Assembly: GCA_963693055.1 (NCBI GenBank)
Contig: OY843751.1
Coordinates: 1,760,001 to 1,824,000 of the forward strand
Direction of reading: 5' to 3'
DNA: 64,000 bases
Source of the DNA: a bacterium
GTDB lineage: Bacteria > Zhuqueibacterota > Zhuqueibacteria > Residuimicrobiales > Krinioviventaceae
The position numbers were made by a program, and so were the translations under genes. Numbering within the stretch: the first letter of the stretch is position 1; each line of letters opens with the position of its first letter. The notes below the pieces were generated by a model that worked only from the letters and a program-made list of their open reading frames with translations, was not told where the DNA came from and made no database searches. Positions 43,459 to 55,113 of the stretch are shown piece after piece.

Positions 43459-43693
43459 TTTGATCGAGTATAGATTTGCCGGTCTTGCAGTCCAACTCCA
43501 ATCCAAGTGAAGTACGATTACGAAATTATCGAGGACTGGAAAGTAGTTGCGAAGACTTGGCGTAAGGTTGTTTTCCCTGTTCAGAATGTTACCACATTCT
43601 TTAAATTCAGGTGACAATTTGCTACGTCATGTTTTTGTTAGCTATTGACATCTGAGGTTAGTTTAACCTATATTTAAAGATTGTGGTTTTTTT

Positions 43694-45778
43694 ATGTCTA
43701 AAAGTAACACGCTAGAAAATTTCCGAAATATTGGCATTATGGCCCATATTGATGCAGGAAAAACCACAACCACCGAACGGATTTTATACTATACCGGCAA
43801 AGTTCATAGAATTGGTGAAGTTGATGATGGTGCTGCAACGATGGATTGGATGCAGCAGGAAAAAGAAAGAGGTATTACAATTACCTCGGCTGCTATTTCT
43901 TGTAGCTGGAAAAAACATCAAATTAACATTATTGACACACCAGGACATGTCGATTTTACTGCTGAAGTTGAACGTTCTTTGAGAGTGCTAGATGGTGCCG
44001 TCGCAATTTTTTGTGCTGTCGGTGGCGTCGAACCCCAATCAGAAGCTGTTTGGTTGCAGGCCAACAAGTACAAGATTCCTCGAATTGCTTATGTTAACAA
44101 AATGGATCGGATTGGTGCTGATTTTTTCAACGTTGTTGAGATGATGAAAAATAGATTATCAGCCGAACCTATTGTAATACAGTTGCCAATTGGTGCTGAA
44201 AGTGAATTTAAAGGTATTGTTGATCTTGTGCGAATGAAAGCAGTTGCATATGATGAAGCATCTTTTGGTTCCAGTTGGGAGGAAGTCGAAATTCCTTCTG
44301 AAATGATGGAAACTGCTGAAGAATTTCGTACTTACATGATTGAATCGTTAGCAGATCATGATGATAGTATCATGGAAAAATATTTATCTGGTGATGATGT
44401 TCAGGAAGGCGAGATTGTATCAGCTCTTCGAAAGATAACGTTGGGTTATAAAGGTGTTCCGGTACTGTGTGGTTCATCAGTCAAAAACAAAGGTGTGCAG
44501 CATTTGCTGGATGCAATTGTAAGCTTTTTGCCTAGCCCGCTGGATGTTCCAAGTATTGTTGGTATTAATCCTTATACTAATAAAGAAGAAAAGAGACATT
44601 CTGACGAAGAAGAGCCTTTTGCAGCGCTAGCATTTAAAGTTGCTACTGATCCATATGTTGGTCGATTAACTTTTATACGAGTTTATTCAGGAAGTATTGA
44701 AGCGGGTAAGGTTGCTTTAAATACAGAATCTGAAAAAAAGGAAAGAATTGGTCGTATTCTTGTAATGTCTTCCAATAAACGGCAAGATGTTAATAAGGTT
44801 TCCGCTGGTGAAATTGTCGCTATAGTAGGTTTGAGAGAAACTAAAACAGGTGACACACTTTGTGATATAAAGAATCCAATCTCTCTTGAAAGAATGAGTT
44901 TCCCTGTACCTGTTATTTCGGTTGCAATTGAGCCAAAATCTAAAGCTGATGAAGAAAAGTTGATAAATTCTTTAAATATGCTTGCTGAAGAAGATCCTAC
45001 TTTTGAATTTAAAACTGATCCTGAAACTGGTCAGATGGTAATTTCGGGAATGGGTGAGCTTCATCTCGAAATTTTGACTGATAGATTGTTTCGTGAATTT
45101 AAAGTCCAGGCTAATGTGGGAAAAACTCAGGTTGCTTATAGAGAGACTATAACGGAAACAGTTGTTAGTGAAATTAAATTTGCAAGACAAACCGGTGGTA
45201 AGGGACAGTTCGCTCATATTGTGGTTGAATTTGAGCCAACCGAACCGGGAGTTCATTTTCAATTTGAAAACAAAATTACCGGTGGTGATATACCAAAAGA
45301 ATTTATAAAGCCGGTTTCAGATGGGATAAAAGAATCAATGGTGAGTGGTATTATTGCAGGTTATCCTGTGATTGATATCAAAGCCTCGTTGATTGATGGT
45401 TCTTATCACGATGTAGATTCTTCAGAATTGTCATTCAAGATCGCCGGTTCAATGGCGCTTCAGGATGCGGTTCGGAAAGGCAAATCCATTTTAATGGAGC
45501 CCATGATGAGTCTCGAGGTTGTTACACCTGAAGAGTATTTCGGTACTATTTTGGGTGACCTTGGAGTGAGAAGAGCAAAGATTGAGGGACACGAGAAAAG
45601 ACACGGCGCACAAGTTATTGATTCAATTGTGCCTTTGGCGGAAATGTTTGGATACGCAACCGCGCTTCGGAATATGTCTCAAGGTCGTGCATATTTTACA
45701 ATGCAGTTTTCTAATTATATTAAAGTTAGTGAAGATGTTGCCAAAAAGCTTCTTGAGAAAATGGGGCTTGCGGCTTGA
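43694..45778 (+). CDS. fusA: elongation factor G
   Basis: [35 protein letters not shown]. Confidence 0.97.
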   Translation: MSKSNTLENFRNIGIMAHIDAGKTTTTERILYYTGKVHRIGEVDDGAATMDWMQQEKERGITITSAAISCSWKKHQINIIDTPGHVDFTAEVERSLRVLDGAVAIFCAVGGVEPQSEAVWLQANKYKIPRIAYVNKMDRIGADFFNVVEMMKNRLSAEPIVIQLPIGAESEFKGIVDLVRMKAVAYDEASFGSSWEEVEIPSEMMETAEEFRTYMIESLADHDDSIMEKYLSGDDVQEGEIVSALRKITLGYKGVPVLCGSSVKNKGVQHLLDAIVSFLPSPLDVPSIVGINPYTNKEEKRHSDEEEPFAALAFKVATDPYVGRLTFIRVYSGSIEAGKVALNTESEKKERIGRILVMSSNKRQDVNKVSAGEIVAIVGLRETKTGDTLCDIKNPISLERMSFPVPVISVAIEPKSKADEEKLINSLNMLAEEDPTFEFKTDPETGQMVISGMGELHLEILTDRLFREFKVQANVGKTQVAYRETITETVVSEIKFARQTGGKGQFAHIVVEFEPTEPGVHFQFENKITGGDIPKEFIKPVSDGIKESMVSGIIAGYPVIDIKASLIDGSYHDVDSSELSFKIAGSMALQDAVRKGKSILMEPMMSLEVVTPEEYFGTILGDLGVRRAKIEGHEKRHGAQVIDSIVPLAEMFGYATALRNMSQGRAYFTMQFSNYIKVSEDVAKKLLEKMGLAA

Positions 45779-45826
45779 ATATAGAAAAAAGTTTATTTTA
45801 AAATACAAATTTAAGGAGAATTTGTC

Positions 45827-47017
45827 ATGGCAAAGGAAAAGTTTGAGCGAACAAAGCCTCATGTGAATATTGGTACAATTGGTCACGTAGATCATGGTAA
45901 GACCACTTTGACGGCAGCGATTACTCAGACATTGAGCCGTCAAGGACTGGCCCAGGCTAGATCTTATGATGAAATTGACAATGCGCCGGAAGAAAAGGCA
46001 CGTGGATTAACGATTAATGTGCACCATGCTGAATATGAGAGTAAAAATCGTCACTATGCCCACGTTGACTGTCCGGGTCACGCTGACTATGTAAAGAATA
46101 TGGTAACCGGTGCAGCGCAGATGGACGGAGCGATCCTGGTAGTAAGCGCGGCAGATGGCCCTATGCCTCAGACCCGCGAGCACGTATTGCTTGCCCGTCA
46201 GGTAAACGTACCTTATTTGGTAGTATTTTTGAACAAAGCAGATCAGGTAGATGATCCTGAATTGCTCGAACTGGTTGAGCTTGAAGTGCGTGAATTGTTG
46301 AGTCAGTACGAATTCCCAGGTGATGACATTCCAGTAATTACTGGTAGTGCATTGCAGGCTCTTGAAAATCCGGAAGATGATGCCAAGATCCAACCGATTC
46401 TTGATTTGATGGAAGCAGTTGATACTTATATTCCTGAACCGGAACGTGATATCGACAAGCCCTTCCTGATGCCGGTAGAAGATGTGTTCTCAATCACTGG
46501 TCGTGGTACTGTAGCAACCGGTCGTATTGAGCGCGGTATTGTCAAGGTACAGGAAGAAGTAGAGATCATTGGTCTTGGATTGAAGAAAAAGACAGTATGT
46601 ACCGGTGTAGAAATGTTCCGTAAGCTTTTGGATCAGGGTGAAGCCGGTGACAATGCAGGTCTGTTACTTCGTGGTGTTGACAAAGAAGAAATTGTTCGCG
46701 GAATGGTAATCGCGAAACCAGGTTCAATTACACCTCACAGAAAATTTCAGGGCGAGGTTTACGTATTGAGTAAAGAAGAAGGTGGACGTCATACACCATT
46801 CTTTAATGGATACCGTCCCCAGTTCTATTTCCGTACCACAGATGTAACTGGTGCAGTAGAGCTTCCTGAAGGAACTGAAATGGTAATGCCTGGCGATAAT
46901 GTAACAATTACCGGTGAATTGATCACTGATATCGCTATGGAAGAAGGATTGCGTTTTGCTATCCGTGAAGGTGGCCGCACAGTAGGTGCAGGTGTTGTAA
47001 CTAAAATTATTGAATAA
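45827..47017 (+). CDS. tuf: elongation factor Tu (copy 2)
   Basis: protein identical to copy 1. Confidence 0.99.
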   Translation: MAKEKFERTKPHVNIGTIGHVDHGKTTLTAAITQTLSRQGLAQARSYDEIDNAPEEKARGLTINVHHAEYESKNRHYAHVDCPGHADYVKNMVTGAAQMDGAILVVSAADGPMPQTREHVLLARQVNVPYLVVFLNKADQVDDPELLELVELEVRELLSQYEFPGDDIPVITGSALQALENPEDDAKIQPILDLMEAVDTYIPEPERDIDKPFLMPVEDVFSITGRGTVATGRIERGIVKVQEEVEIIGLGLKKKTVCTGVEMFRKLLDQGEAGDNAGLLLRGVDKEEIVRGMVIAKPGSITPHRKFQGEVYVLSKEEGGRHTPFFNGYRPQFYFRTTDVTGAVELPEGTEMVMPGDNVTITGELITDIAMEEGLRFAIREGGRTVGAGVVTKIIE

Positions 47018-47058
47018 TGAATAGTTATTTTGAAACTATGAGATTTGGAGATAAATAA

Positions 47059-47367
47059 ATGGCGGGTCAAAAAATTCGCATAAAATTAAAAGCATACGAT
47101 CATCGTTTGATTGACAAGTCTACAGAGAAAATTATCAAAACTGCAAAACAGACAGGTGCTATGATTTCTGGACCTATTCCACTGCCTACTTGTCGGTCAG
47201 TATATACTGTTTTGCGTTCACCTCATGTTGATAAAAAATCACGTGAGCAGTTTGAAACCCGTATCCATAAACGTCTGGTAGATATTTTAAATTCATCTCC
47301 CAAGACAGTGGATGCACTGATGAAGCTGGAGTTACCTGCCGGCGTAGATGTAGAAATTAAAGTGTGA
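47059..47367 (+). CDS. rpsJ: 30S ribosomal protein S10
   Basis: [27 protein letters not shown]. Confidence 0.99.
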   Translation: MAGQKIRIKLKAYDHRLIDKSTEKIIKTAKQTGAMISGPIPLPTCRSVYTVLRSPHVDKKSREQFETRIHKRLVDILNSSPKTVDALMKLELPAGVDVEIKV

Positions 47368-47429
47368 TCAAATTAATCAACGTAAATTTGACCTGTAATT
47401 GAAAGCTTAACTATTATTTCGGAATATCC

Positions 47430-48050
47430 ATGCAAGCGATAATTGGTAAAAAAATCGGAATGACCCAATACTTTGATGAAAAAGGCAACTCAAGTGCTGC
47501 TACAGTAATTGAAGCGGGTCCCTGTTATGTAACACAGGTAAAAACCAAAGAAACCGACGGTTACAATTCTGTACAGTTGGGCTTTGGTGAGAAAAAAGAG
47601 AAAAATGTTACCAAACCGGTAAAAGGTCACTTTGCAAAAGCCGGTGTCAAACCTGCAAAGATCTTGAAAGAGATTAGAGACTTTTATAGTGAAGAACCTT
47701 TAAAACCGGGCGACGCTATTACAGTAGATACTTTCCAAGAAGGTGATGTAGTAGCTGTTACTGGTGTAAGTAAAGGTAAAGGTTTTGCCGGTGTTATGAA
47801 ACGCCACAATTTTGGTGGTGGTGAACAAACACACGGACAAAGTGATCGTTGGCGTGCTCCTGGTTCAATTGGCCAATCCTCTTATCCGTCAAAGGTATTC
47901 AAGGGTATACGAATGGCCGGTCGTATGGGTGGTAAGCAAGTTTCTACATTGGGTCTAACTGTATTAAAGGTAGATCTCGATAATAATTTGCTTATCGTTA
48001 AAGGAGCCGTTCCTGGTGCAAATAAGGGAATTGTATTAATTAGAAAGTAA
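47430..48050 (+). CDS. rplC: 50S ribosomal protein L3
   Basis: GKKIGMT, SKGKGF, PGSIG. Confidence 0.98.
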   Translation: MQAIIGKKIGMTQYFDEKGNSSAATVIEAGPCYVTQVKTKETDGYNSVQLGFGEKKEKNVTKPVKGHFAKAGVKPAKILKEIRDFYSEEPLKPGDAITVDTFQEGDVVAVTGVSKGKGFAGVMKRHNFGGGEQTHGQSDRWRAPGSIGQSSYPSKVFKGIRMAGRMGGKQVSTLGLTVLKVDLDNNLLIVKGAVPGANKGIVLIRK

Positions 48051-48055
48051 AGATA

Positions 48056-48685
48056 ATGGAACTTGAAGTTTACACAAAAGACGGCAGTGCTACCGGCAGA
48101 AAAATTGAGGTTTCAGATAAAGTCTTTAATGCTGAAATTAACGATCATGCGGTTTATCTTGATGTTCAGTCTTATATGACGAACAATCGACAGGGTACGC
48201 ATGCTACCAAAACTCGCGGACTTGTTTCTGGTGGTGGTCGTAAACCTTGGAAGCAAAAAGGAAGAGGAACTGCACGTGCCGGTACGTCCCGTTCACCGAT
48301 TTGGCGTGGTGGTGGTACGGTTCATGGTCCTCAGCCACATCCTTATGTATTTCGTTTACCGCGTAAGGTAAAAAAACTTGCCAGAATATCAGTACTCTCA
48401 GGCAAGAACAGAGATGATCAGTTCCGCGTAATTGAAGATTTTAATCTTGATGTAGTAAAGACCAAAGAAATGTTTAAAGTTCTTACCGGTTTTGGTTTAG
48501 AGAGTACAAAAACTCTTGTTTTGTTGCCGGAATATAATTCCGACATTTTATTGGCAAGTCGTAATATCAAAAATCTTCGTGTTTTAACTGCCAAAGATGC
48601 ATCGACTTATGATTTATTGGATTGCAAAGCGTTACTTGTAATGGAAAGTGCAATCGAAAAACTGGAAGGTACGTTGTTATCATGA
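48056..48685 (+). CDS. rplD: 50S ribosomal protein L4
   Basis: GGGRKPWKQKG, WRGGG. Confidence 0.98.
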   Translation: MELEVYTKDGSATGRKIEVSDKVFNAEINDHAVYLDVQSYMTNNRQGTHATKTRGLVSGGGRKPWKQKGRGTARAGTSRSPIWRGGGTVHGPQPHPYVFRLPRKVKKLARISVLSGKNRDDQFRVIEDFNLDVVKTKEMFKVLTGFGLESTKTLVLLPEYNSDILLASRNIKNLRVLTAKDASTYDLLDCKALLVMESAIEKLEGTLLS

Positions 48686-48990
48686 GAAAAGATCAAGAAA
48701 TTTTGATAAAGCCCATTTTAACAGAAAAAATGTTAAGGTTGCAAGAAGGCCAGGGCAAATATGCGTTTGTTGTTAACAGTAGCGCAAATAAAATTGAAAT
48801 TAAACAGGCAGTTCAGAAAAAGTTTGATGTAACAGTAGATTCAGTGTGTACAGTTTTTGTTAAAGGCAAATCCAAAAAAATGAATACACGTAGAGGAATT
48901 ACCAGAGGTAATCGCCCGAACTGGAAAAAGGCTATTGTTACTTTGCGGAGTGGTGACTCTATTGATTTCTTTGAAGGTACAACAAGCTGA
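48682..48990 (+). CDS. rplW: 50S ribosomal protein L23
   Basis: PILTEK, ANKIEIK, WKKAIVTL; ATGA overlap with rplD. Confidence 0.97.
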   Translation: MRKDQEILIKPILTEKMLRLQEGQGKYAFVVNSSANKIEIKQAVQKKFDVTVDSVCTVFVKGKSKKMNTRRGITRGNRPNWKKAIVTLRSGDSIDFFEGTTS

Positions 48991-49015
48991 TTTGCTGAAT
49001 TGGGAGAGTATTTAA

Positions 49016-49837
49016 ATGGCTTTAAAAACATATAAACCTGTTACACCCGGACAGCGATTCAAAACGGTAAATTCATTTGATGAAATTACCAGCACTGAAA
49101 CTGTACGGTCGTTATTGGCCCCGGTTAAAAAAACCGGTGGACGTAACAATAACGGACGTGTAACATCAAGACGTCGTGGAGGCGGTCACAAGCGTCAATA
49201 TCGAATTATTGATTTCAAAAGAGATAAATTTGATATTCCGGCTAAAGTTGCTGCAATCCAATACGACCCAAACCGTAGTGCTTTTATAGCATTGTTAAAC
49301 TATGCAGATGGTGAGAAAAGATATATTCTTTCACCTGTTGGTTTAAAAGTTGATGACCAGATTATGTCTGGTGAAAATTCAGACATTCGTGTTGGTAACG
49401 CGATGCCACTTGCCAAGATACCAATGGGTACAACAATTCATAATATTGAATTGAAAAAAGGTAAAGGTGGTCAAATTGCTCGTGGCGCTGGCGCTTATGC
49501 TCAACTTGTAGCAAAAGAGGGTGATTACGCACTGTTAAAAATGCCCTCAAGTGAAGTAAGAATGGTTAGGCTGGAATGTATGGCAACCATCGGTCAGGTT
49601 GGCAATACTGATCATATGAATATCAGTATTGGTAAAGCTGGTCGTTCTCGTTGGATGGGAAAACGTCCCAAGGTTCGTGGTGTAGCAATGAACCCGGTAG
49701 ATCACCCAATGGGTGGTGGTGAAGGGCGTTCTTCTGGAGGTCGTCACCCGTGTACCCCATGGGGTAAGCCGACCAAAGGTTACAAAACCCGTAAAGCTAA
49801 ACAATCTGATAAATTTATAGTTAAACGACGTAAATAA
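49016..49837 (+). CDS. rplB: 50S ribosomal protein L2
   Basis: [19 protein letters not shown]. Confidence 0.99.
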   Translation: MALKTYKPVTPGQRFKTVNSFDEITSTETVRSLLAPVKKTGGRNNNGRVTSRRRGGGHKRQYRIIDFKRDKFDIPAKVAAIQYDPNRSAFIALLNYADGEKRYILSPVGLKVDDQIMSGENSDIRVGNAMPLAKIPMGTTIHNIELKKGKGGQIARGAGAYAQLVAKEGDYALLKMPSSEVRMVRLECMATIGQVGNTDHMNISIGKAGRSRWMGKRPKVRGVAMNPVDHPMGGGEGRSSGGRHPCTPWGKPTKGYKTRKAKQSDKFIVKRRK

Positions 49838-49849
49838 CAGGAAATCCAG

Positions 49850-50131
49850 ATGGCACGTTCTCTAAAAAAAGGCCCTTACATAGACGAAAAACTTTTGATT
49901 AAAATCGAAGCAATGAATTCGTCTAATCAGAAAAAAGTAATCAAAACATGGGCAAGACGTTCAACAATTCCGCCGGAATTTATAGGACATACTCTTGCGG
50001 TTCATAACGGGAATAAATTTATTCCTGTATATATTTCCGAAAATATGGTAGGTCATAAATTGGGCGAATTTGCTCCGACCCGTACATATAGAGGACATGT
50101 AAATAAAAAAGCAGAAAAATCAAAGCATTAG
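49850..50131 (+). CDS. rpsS: 30S ribosomal protein S19
   Basis: [16 protein letters not shown]. Confidence 0.99.
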   Translation: MARSLKKGPYIDEKLLIKIEAMNSSNQKKVIKTWARRSTIPPEFIGHTLAVHNGNKFIPVYISENMVGHKLGEFAPTRTYRGHVNKKAEKSKH

Positions 50132-50163
50132 TCGTTAATACGTAAAGCTTTTGGAGATATTCA

Positions 50164-50505
50164 ATGGAAGCAAAGGCGATTGCGAAGTGGGTTCGCATGT
50201 CACCATTCAAGGTTCGGCGAGTAGCCAAATTGATCCGCGGAAAGGTTGTTAATGAAGCAATCAATATTCTGCATTTCAATGATACCGCCGCTTCAGAGCC
50301 GCTTGAAAAAGCAGTTCGATCAGCAGTGGCAAATCTGGTAAACAACCAGGATGCCAAAGTTTCGCCTGAAGATCTTTATATTAAAGAACTAAAGGTAGAT
50401 GGTGGTTTTCAGTTAAAACGTTTCCGCGCCGCATCAATGGGTCGCGCGTCACGTATCCGTAAGCGCACCAGTCATATTACAGTTGTTGTAGCCGAACAAG
50501 AATAA
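50164..50505 (+). CDS. rplV: 50S ribosomal protein L22
   Basis: [17 protein letters not shown]. Confidence 0.98.
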   Translation: MEAKAIAKWVRMSPFKVRRVAKLIRGKVVNEAINILHFNDTAASEPLEKAVRSAVANLVNNQDAKVSPEDLYIKELKVDGGFQLKRFRAASMGRASRIRKRTSHITVVVAEQE

Positions 50506-50531
50506 GTAAATTAAGAGATAAGGAGATACAT

Positions 50532-51170
50532 TTGGGACAAAAAACTAACCCAGTCGGTTTCAGACTTGGAGTTATCCGCACCTGGGATTCCAAGTGGTTC
50601 GATGAAAAGAATTTTGCCCACAAACTAAGTGAAGACTTGATGTTGCGACGCTACGTTCAAAACAGATTACAACGTGCAAGCGTATCCAAGATTGAAGTTG
50701 AACGTACGGCAAAGCAAATTACATTGACCATCCATACTGCACGTCCTGGTATTGTTATTGGACGTAAAGGTGCAGAAGTGGACAAGCTGAAAGAAGAATT
50801 ACAGCGTGTGACCGGTATGGATGTACAAATCAATATCAATGAAATTAAACGTCCTGAATTAGATGCTTATTTGGTGGCTACAAATATTGCAAATCAATTG
50901 GCCGGTAAAATATCATTTCGTCGTGCTATGAAAAAAGCCATCATGTCAGCAATGCGAATGGGTGCTGAAGGTATCCGTATTTGTTGTTCAGGTCGACTTG
51001 GTGGTGCAGAAATGGCACGTACCGAACAGTACAAAAACGGCCGTATTCCTTTGCACACTTTACGTGCAGATATAGACTTTGCACGTACAACCGCACATAC
51101 AACTTATGGCGCCATTGGTGTTAAAGTGTGGATATGCAAAGGTGAAGTAATTGGTGATGTATCCGAATGA
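50532..51170 (+). CDS. rpsC: 30S ribosomal protein S3
   Basis: [22 protein letters not shown]; TTG start. Confidence 0.99.
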   Translation: MGQKTNPVGFRLGVIRTWDSKWFDEKNFAHKLSEDLMLRRYVQNRLQRASVSKIEVERTAKQITLTIHTARPGIVIGRKGAEVDKLKEELQRVTGMDVQININEIKRPELDAYLVATNIANQLAGKISFRRAMKKAIMSAMRMGAEGIRICCSGRLGGAEMARTEQYKNGRIPLHTLRADIDFARTTAHTTYGAIGVKVWICKGEVIGDVSE

Positions 51171-51191
51171 TTTTAATGGAGCGATAATCCA

Positions 51192-51611
51192 ATGTTAATG
51201 CCAAAAAGAATCAAATATAGAAAAGTTCATCGCGGAAATCGTAAGGGTAAAGCTATCCGTGGTTCTCAGATTTCTTTCGGAAAATATGGTCTGAAAGCAA
51301 TGGAGCCACATTGGATTACAGCCCGTCAGATTGAAGCTGCTCGTATTGCGATGACACGTTATGTAAAACGTACTGGTAAAGTATGGATCCGTATTTTTCC
51401 GGACAAACCTATTACCAAAAAGCCCGCAGAAACTCGTATGGGTAAAGGTAAGGGTGCACCAGAATATTGGGTATCTAATGTAAAACCTGGACGTATTATG
51501 TTTGAGCTTGATGGTGTGTCTGAAGAACAGGCACGTGAAGCACTGCGTCTTGCAGCGCACAAGCTCCCCTTGAAGACAAAATTTGTCATGGTTGCAGAGA
51601 CTGGAGAATAA
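51192..51611 (+). CDS. rplP: 50S ribosomal protein L16
   Basis: RMGKGKG. Confidence 0.99.
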   Translation: MLMPKRIKYRKVHRGNRKGKAIRGSQISFGKYGLKAMEPHWITARQIEAARIAMTRYVKRTGKVWIRIFPDKPITKKPAETRMGKGKGAPEYWVSNVKPGRIMFELDGVSEEQAREALRLAAHKLPLKTKFVMVAETGE

Positions 51612-51615
51612 TGCA

Positions 51616-51807
51616 ATGAAAATTGATGAATTGCGGCAATTATCTGCTGAAGATTTAAAATTACAGCTGGAAGATGCGATGGAAGAAATGGAAAATCTCC
51701 GTTTTCAACATTCCACACATCAGCTTGATAATCCGCTGTTGATTAGATTTAAACGTAAAGAAATTGCACGTATAAAGACTTTAATTACTGAAAGTTCAAA
51801 TAATTAA
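51616..51807 (+). CDS. rpmC: 50S ribosomal protein L29
   Basis: ELR...LRFQ...RKEIARIKT; start reassigned to 51616. Confidence 0.96.
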   Translation: MKIDELRQLSAEDLKLQLEDAMEEMENLRFQHSTHQLDNPLLIRFKRKEIARIKTLITESSNN

Positions 51808-51840
51808 GCCGTTAAAATAAATTTGGCTTGGAGAATTTAA

Positions 51841-52098
51841 GTGGAAGAAAGAAATTTTAGAAAGTCTATTGTTGGTGTTGTTGCCTCTGATAAGATGGAC
51901 AAAAGCCGGGTTATTGTTGTTGAGCGCAACATTATGCATCCACTTTACAAGAAATTTGTAAAGAAAACTTCTAAATTTATGGCACATGATGAAAACAATG
52001 AAAGCCATATTGGCGATACCGTCCGTTTGATGGAAACACGTCCTTTAAGCAAAAGAAAACGTTGGCGGTTAGTTGAAATCGTTGAACGTGCCAAATAA
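51841..52098 (+). CDS. rpsQ: 30S ribosomal protein S17
   Basis: SDKMDK, HDENN, ETRPLSK; GTG start. Confidence 0.98.
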   Translation: MEERNFRKSIVGVVASDKMDKSRVIVVERNIMHPLYKKFVKKTSKFMAHDENNESHIGDTVRLMETRPLSKRKRWRLVEIVERAK

Positions 52099-52137
52099 TT
52101 GAATTTAAGCTAAACCGCGTAGAGAAGGATTGCAACA

Positions 52138-52506
52138 ATGATTCAAGAATATAGCAAACTCAATGTCGCAGACAATACTGGTGCTAAAAAAGTTATGTGC
52201 ATCAAGGTTTTAGGTGGCAGTAAAAGACGCTATGCAACAGTAGGCGATGTGATCATCGTATCTGTCAAACAGGCAATGCCTAACGGAACCGTAAAAAAAG
52301 GTGATAAAAGTAAAGCGGTTATTGTTCGTACAAAGAAAGAAAATCGCCGTAAAGATGGTTCCTATATCAGGTTTGATGAAAATGCAGCAGTATTGATCAA
52401 TGATGCTTTGGAACCCAGAGGTAGTCGTATCTTTGGACCGGTTGCTCGTGAATTGCGTGAAAAAGAATTCATGAAAATCGTATCGTTGGCACCAGAAGTA
52501 TTGTAA
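52138..52506 (+). CDS. rplN: 50S ribosomal protein L14
   Basis: [17 protein letters not shown]. Confidence 0.99.
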   Translation: MIQEYSKLNVADNTGAKKVMCIKVLGGSKRRYATVGDVIIVSVKQAMPNGTVKKGDKSKAVIVRTKKENRRKDGSYIRFDENAAVLINDALEPRGSRIFGPVARELREKEFMKIVSLAPEVL

Positions 52507-52539
52507 TTTGAATAATTTATCAAATAATCGGATAATATC

Positions 52540-52866
52540 ATGCGTGTAAGAAAAAACGATCAAGTATTGGTAATAGCTGGAGAGCAAAAAGGAACCAAAG
52601 GTAAAGTTCTTAAAGTGTATCCAGAGTCCAATAGAATAATTGTGGAAGGTGTAAATTTTATAAAGAGACATACAAGGCCTTCACAGCAGAACCCTCAGGG
52701 TGGCATTGTTGAAAAAGAAGCACCTATTCATGTATCAAATGTAATGGTTCTTTGCCCCAAAACCGGAGTACCAACCCGGTTGGGTTCAAATGAGATATTT
52801 GATGAGTCACGCAAAAAAAACAAGCGTGTACGCATTTGCAAAAAAAGTGGTGAAATGATCGTTTAG
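52540..52866 (+). CDS. rplX: 50S ribosomal protein L24
   Basis: KOW motif, EAPIHVSNV. Confidence 0.98.
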   Translation: MRVRKNDQVLVIAGEQKGTKGKVLKVYPESNRIIVEGVNFIKRHTRPSQQNPQGGIVEKEAPIHVSNVMVLCPKTGVPTRLGSNEIFDESRKKNKRVRICKKSGEMIV

Positions 52867-52890
52867 GTCAAAATTGGTGGAATAATAATA

Positions 52891-53451
52891 ATGGCAAAAC
52901 AAGATTACAAACCAAGGTTAATCGACGTCTATAAAAACCAAATTGCACCTCAGATGCAAAAAAAGTTCGAGTATGGCAACGTTATGGAAATTCCTAAACT
53001 TGAAAAAATAGTACTCAACATGGGTGTAGGCGAAGGTACCGAAAGTGCTAAAAATGTTGATACTGCAATGGAAGACATGATCAAAATTGCAGGACAAAAA
53101 CCAGTAATTCGTCGTGCCAAGAAATCCATATCAAATTTTAAATTACGCCAGGGCATGCCGGTAGGCTGTAGTGTAACACTGAGACGTAATCATATGTATG
53201 AATTCTTGGACCGTTTAATTTCTGTCGCTATTCCCCGTGTACGTGATTTTCGGGGATTGCCGGTAAAATTCGATGGACGCGGTAATTATAACATGTCAGT
53301 AAAGGAACAATTGGTGTTCCCTGAAATTGATTATGATAAAATTGATAAAATTCGCGGATTTAATATTACCATCGTTACAACGGCCAAAACAGATGAGGAA
53401 GCATTCGAACTGTTGAGTGCTTTTGGAATGCCGTTTGTTAAAAAGTCTTAA
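52891..53451 (+). CDS. rplE: 50S ribosomal protein L5
   Basis: [15 protein letters not shown]. Confidence 0.99.
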   Translation: MAKQDYKPRLIDVYKNQIAPQMQKKFEYGNVMEIPKLEKIVLNMGVGEGTESAKNVDTAMEDMIKIAGQKPVIRRAKKSISNFKLRQGMPVGCSVTLRRNHMYEFLDRLISVAIPRVRDFRGLPVKFDGRGNYNMSVKEQLVFPEIDYDKIDKIRGFNITIVTTAKTDEEAFELLSAFGMPFVKKS

Positions 53452-53467
53452 AAGGTGAGGAGTTATC

Positions 53468-53653
53468 TTGGCAAAGAAAGCATTGATCGTTAAGGCAAAT
53501 AAAGAGCCTAAATTTAAAGTCAGGAAATACAATCGCTGTTCCAGATGCGGTCGTCCTCGGGCATATTACCGCAAGTTTGGTGTATGTCGTTTATGTTTGC
53601 GCGATTTAGCCCTGGAAGGAAAGATTCCTGGCGTTATCAAAGCAAGTTGGTAA
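53468..53653 (+). CDS. rpsN: 30S ribosomal protein S14 type Z (Zn-binding)
   Basis: 61 aa, CSRC...CRLC, KASW; TTG start. Confidence 0.97.
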   Translation: MAKKALIVKANKEPKFKVRKYNRCSRCGRPRAYYRKFGVCRLCLRDLALEGKIPGVIKASW

Positions 53654-53711
53654 TTAATAATTAAATCCATTAGTAATTGTTTACGATTAAGGGTTGTTAG
53701 GGAGAACTTAA

Positions 53712-54110
53712 ATGTCTAAAACTGATCCCATCGCTGATTATCTGACAAGAATCAGAAATGCGAGTAGGGCTAAACATCGTAAAGTCGATATTCCGGCTTC
53801 GAGCTTGAAAAAACAAATAACAAAAATATTACAAGAAGAAGCCTATATAAAGAATCATTTGATTATTGAAGATGGTAAACAGTCCTTAATTCGCATTTAT
53901 TTGAGATATAATGAAAGCAATGAGCCCATTATCTCGGGTTTGAAGCGAATCAGTAAGCCTGGTTATAGAAGATATGTAGGTAAAGATAGAGTGCCACGTG
54001 TATTCAATAACCTGGGTGTAGCCATCATGACGACTTCTCATGGTGTAATGACCGGCCAGGAAGCCCGTAAAAAGGGTATTGGCGGTGAAATTTTATGTTA
54101 CGTTTGGTAA
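53712..54110 (+). CDS. rpsH: 30S ribosomal protein S8
   Basis: [19 protein letters not shown]. Confidence 0.99.
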   Translation: MSKTDPIADYLTRIRNASRAKHRKVDIPASSLKKQITKILQEEAYIKNHLIIEDGKQSLIRIYLRYNESNEPIISGLKRISKPGYRRYVGKDRVPRVFNNLGVAIMTTSHGVMTGQEARKKGIGGEILCYVW

Positions 54111-54131
54111 AACGCTAATTAGGAGATTATT

Positions 54132-54674
54132 GTGTCACGAATTGGAAAACTTCCAATAATAGTTCCCGAAGATGTGAATGTTACGATCACGGGAAACGCT
54201 ATCACAGCAAAGGGCCCAAAGGGCGAGTTGTCTGTTGATGTCCATCCGGAAATGATAATTTCATTTGAAGACGGTCAAATTGCTGTCAAGCGTCCGTCCG
54301 ACGGAAAAATTCATCGCGAATTACATGGACTTTCACGCTCTTTGGTTAGTAATATTGTTGAAGGTGTGAAAACCGGTTTCGAAAAACGCCTGGAAATTGT
54401 TGGCGTAGGATACCGTGCAGAGATGAAAGGTATTAAACTTGTTCTTTCTCTTGGTTATTCTCACCAGATCATATTTGTACCCCCTGAAAGCATTGAAATT
54501 GCTGTTGAAGGAAAAGGAAACAATACGATTATTGTCAAAGGGATTAAGAAAGAACTGGTTGGCCAGGTTGCTGCAAAGATTCGGTCTTTCAGACCACCCG
54601 AACCATATAAAGGTAAAGGTGTAAGATATGCGAATGAAGTTGTACGTAAAAAAGCTGGAAAGACAGCAAAATAA
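54132..54674 (+). CDS. rplF: 50S ribosomal protein L6
   Basis: SRIGK, PEPYKGKG; GTG start. Confidence 0.99.
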   Translation: MSRIGKLPIIVPEDVNVTITGNAITAKGPKGELSVDVHPEMIISFEDGQIAVKRPSDGKIHRELHGLSRSLVSNIVEGVKTGFEKRLEIVGVGYRAEMKGIKLVLSLGYSHQIIFVPPESIEIAVEGKGNNTIIVKGIKKELVGQVAAKIRSFRPPEPYKGKGVRYANEVVRKKAGKTAK

Positions 54675-54714
54675 ACGTATAATAACCAGATAATTATTAA
54701 TCAGAGATAAGAAA

Positions 54715-55089
54715 ATGGCAAATAATACAAGTATAAAGAAATTGGCTCGTGAACGTCGCCGCAAACACATCCGCAAAGCATTAAGCGGAACACCTGAAAA
54801 ACCCAGACTGGTGGTTTTTCGTAGCAATAAGCAGATTTATGGTCAAATCATTGATGATGTAAACCGTAATACTTTGATATCTGCATCCAGTCAGACGAAA
54901 GAAATTGCTGCAGATGTTCAGAAAGCAAAAAGTAAAACTGAAGTTGCTCAAATTGTAGGTAAATATTTGGCTGAACAGGCAGTTCAGAAAAAACTGTCTA
55001 TTGTTGTTTTTGATCGTGCCGGATATATTTACCATGGCCGTGTTAAAGCTTTTGCAGATGGTGCAAGAGAAGGCGGATTGAAATTTTAA
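54715..55089 (+). CDS. rplR: 50S ribosomal protein L18
   Basis: [18 protein letters not shown]. Confidence 0.98.
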   Translation: MANNTSIKKLARERRRKHIRKALSGTPEKPRLVVFRSNKQIYGQIIDDVNRNTLISASSQTKEIAADVQKAKSKTEVAQIVGKYLAEQAVQKKLSIVVFDRAGYIYHGRVKAFADGAREGGLKF

Positions 55090-55113
55090 GATAATTGAAA
55101 TTCAAGGTGTAAA

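Noticed and set aside
43363-43617. 84-aa minus-strand ORF across the rpsG end and spacer
   Set aside because: Antisense to rpsG, with no SD and no recognisable motif.
43459-43693. Possible intron or IS remnant in the rpsG-fusA spacer
   Set aside because: No group I/II core motifs, terminal inverted repeats or target duplication recognised; kept only as a structured-RNA candidate.
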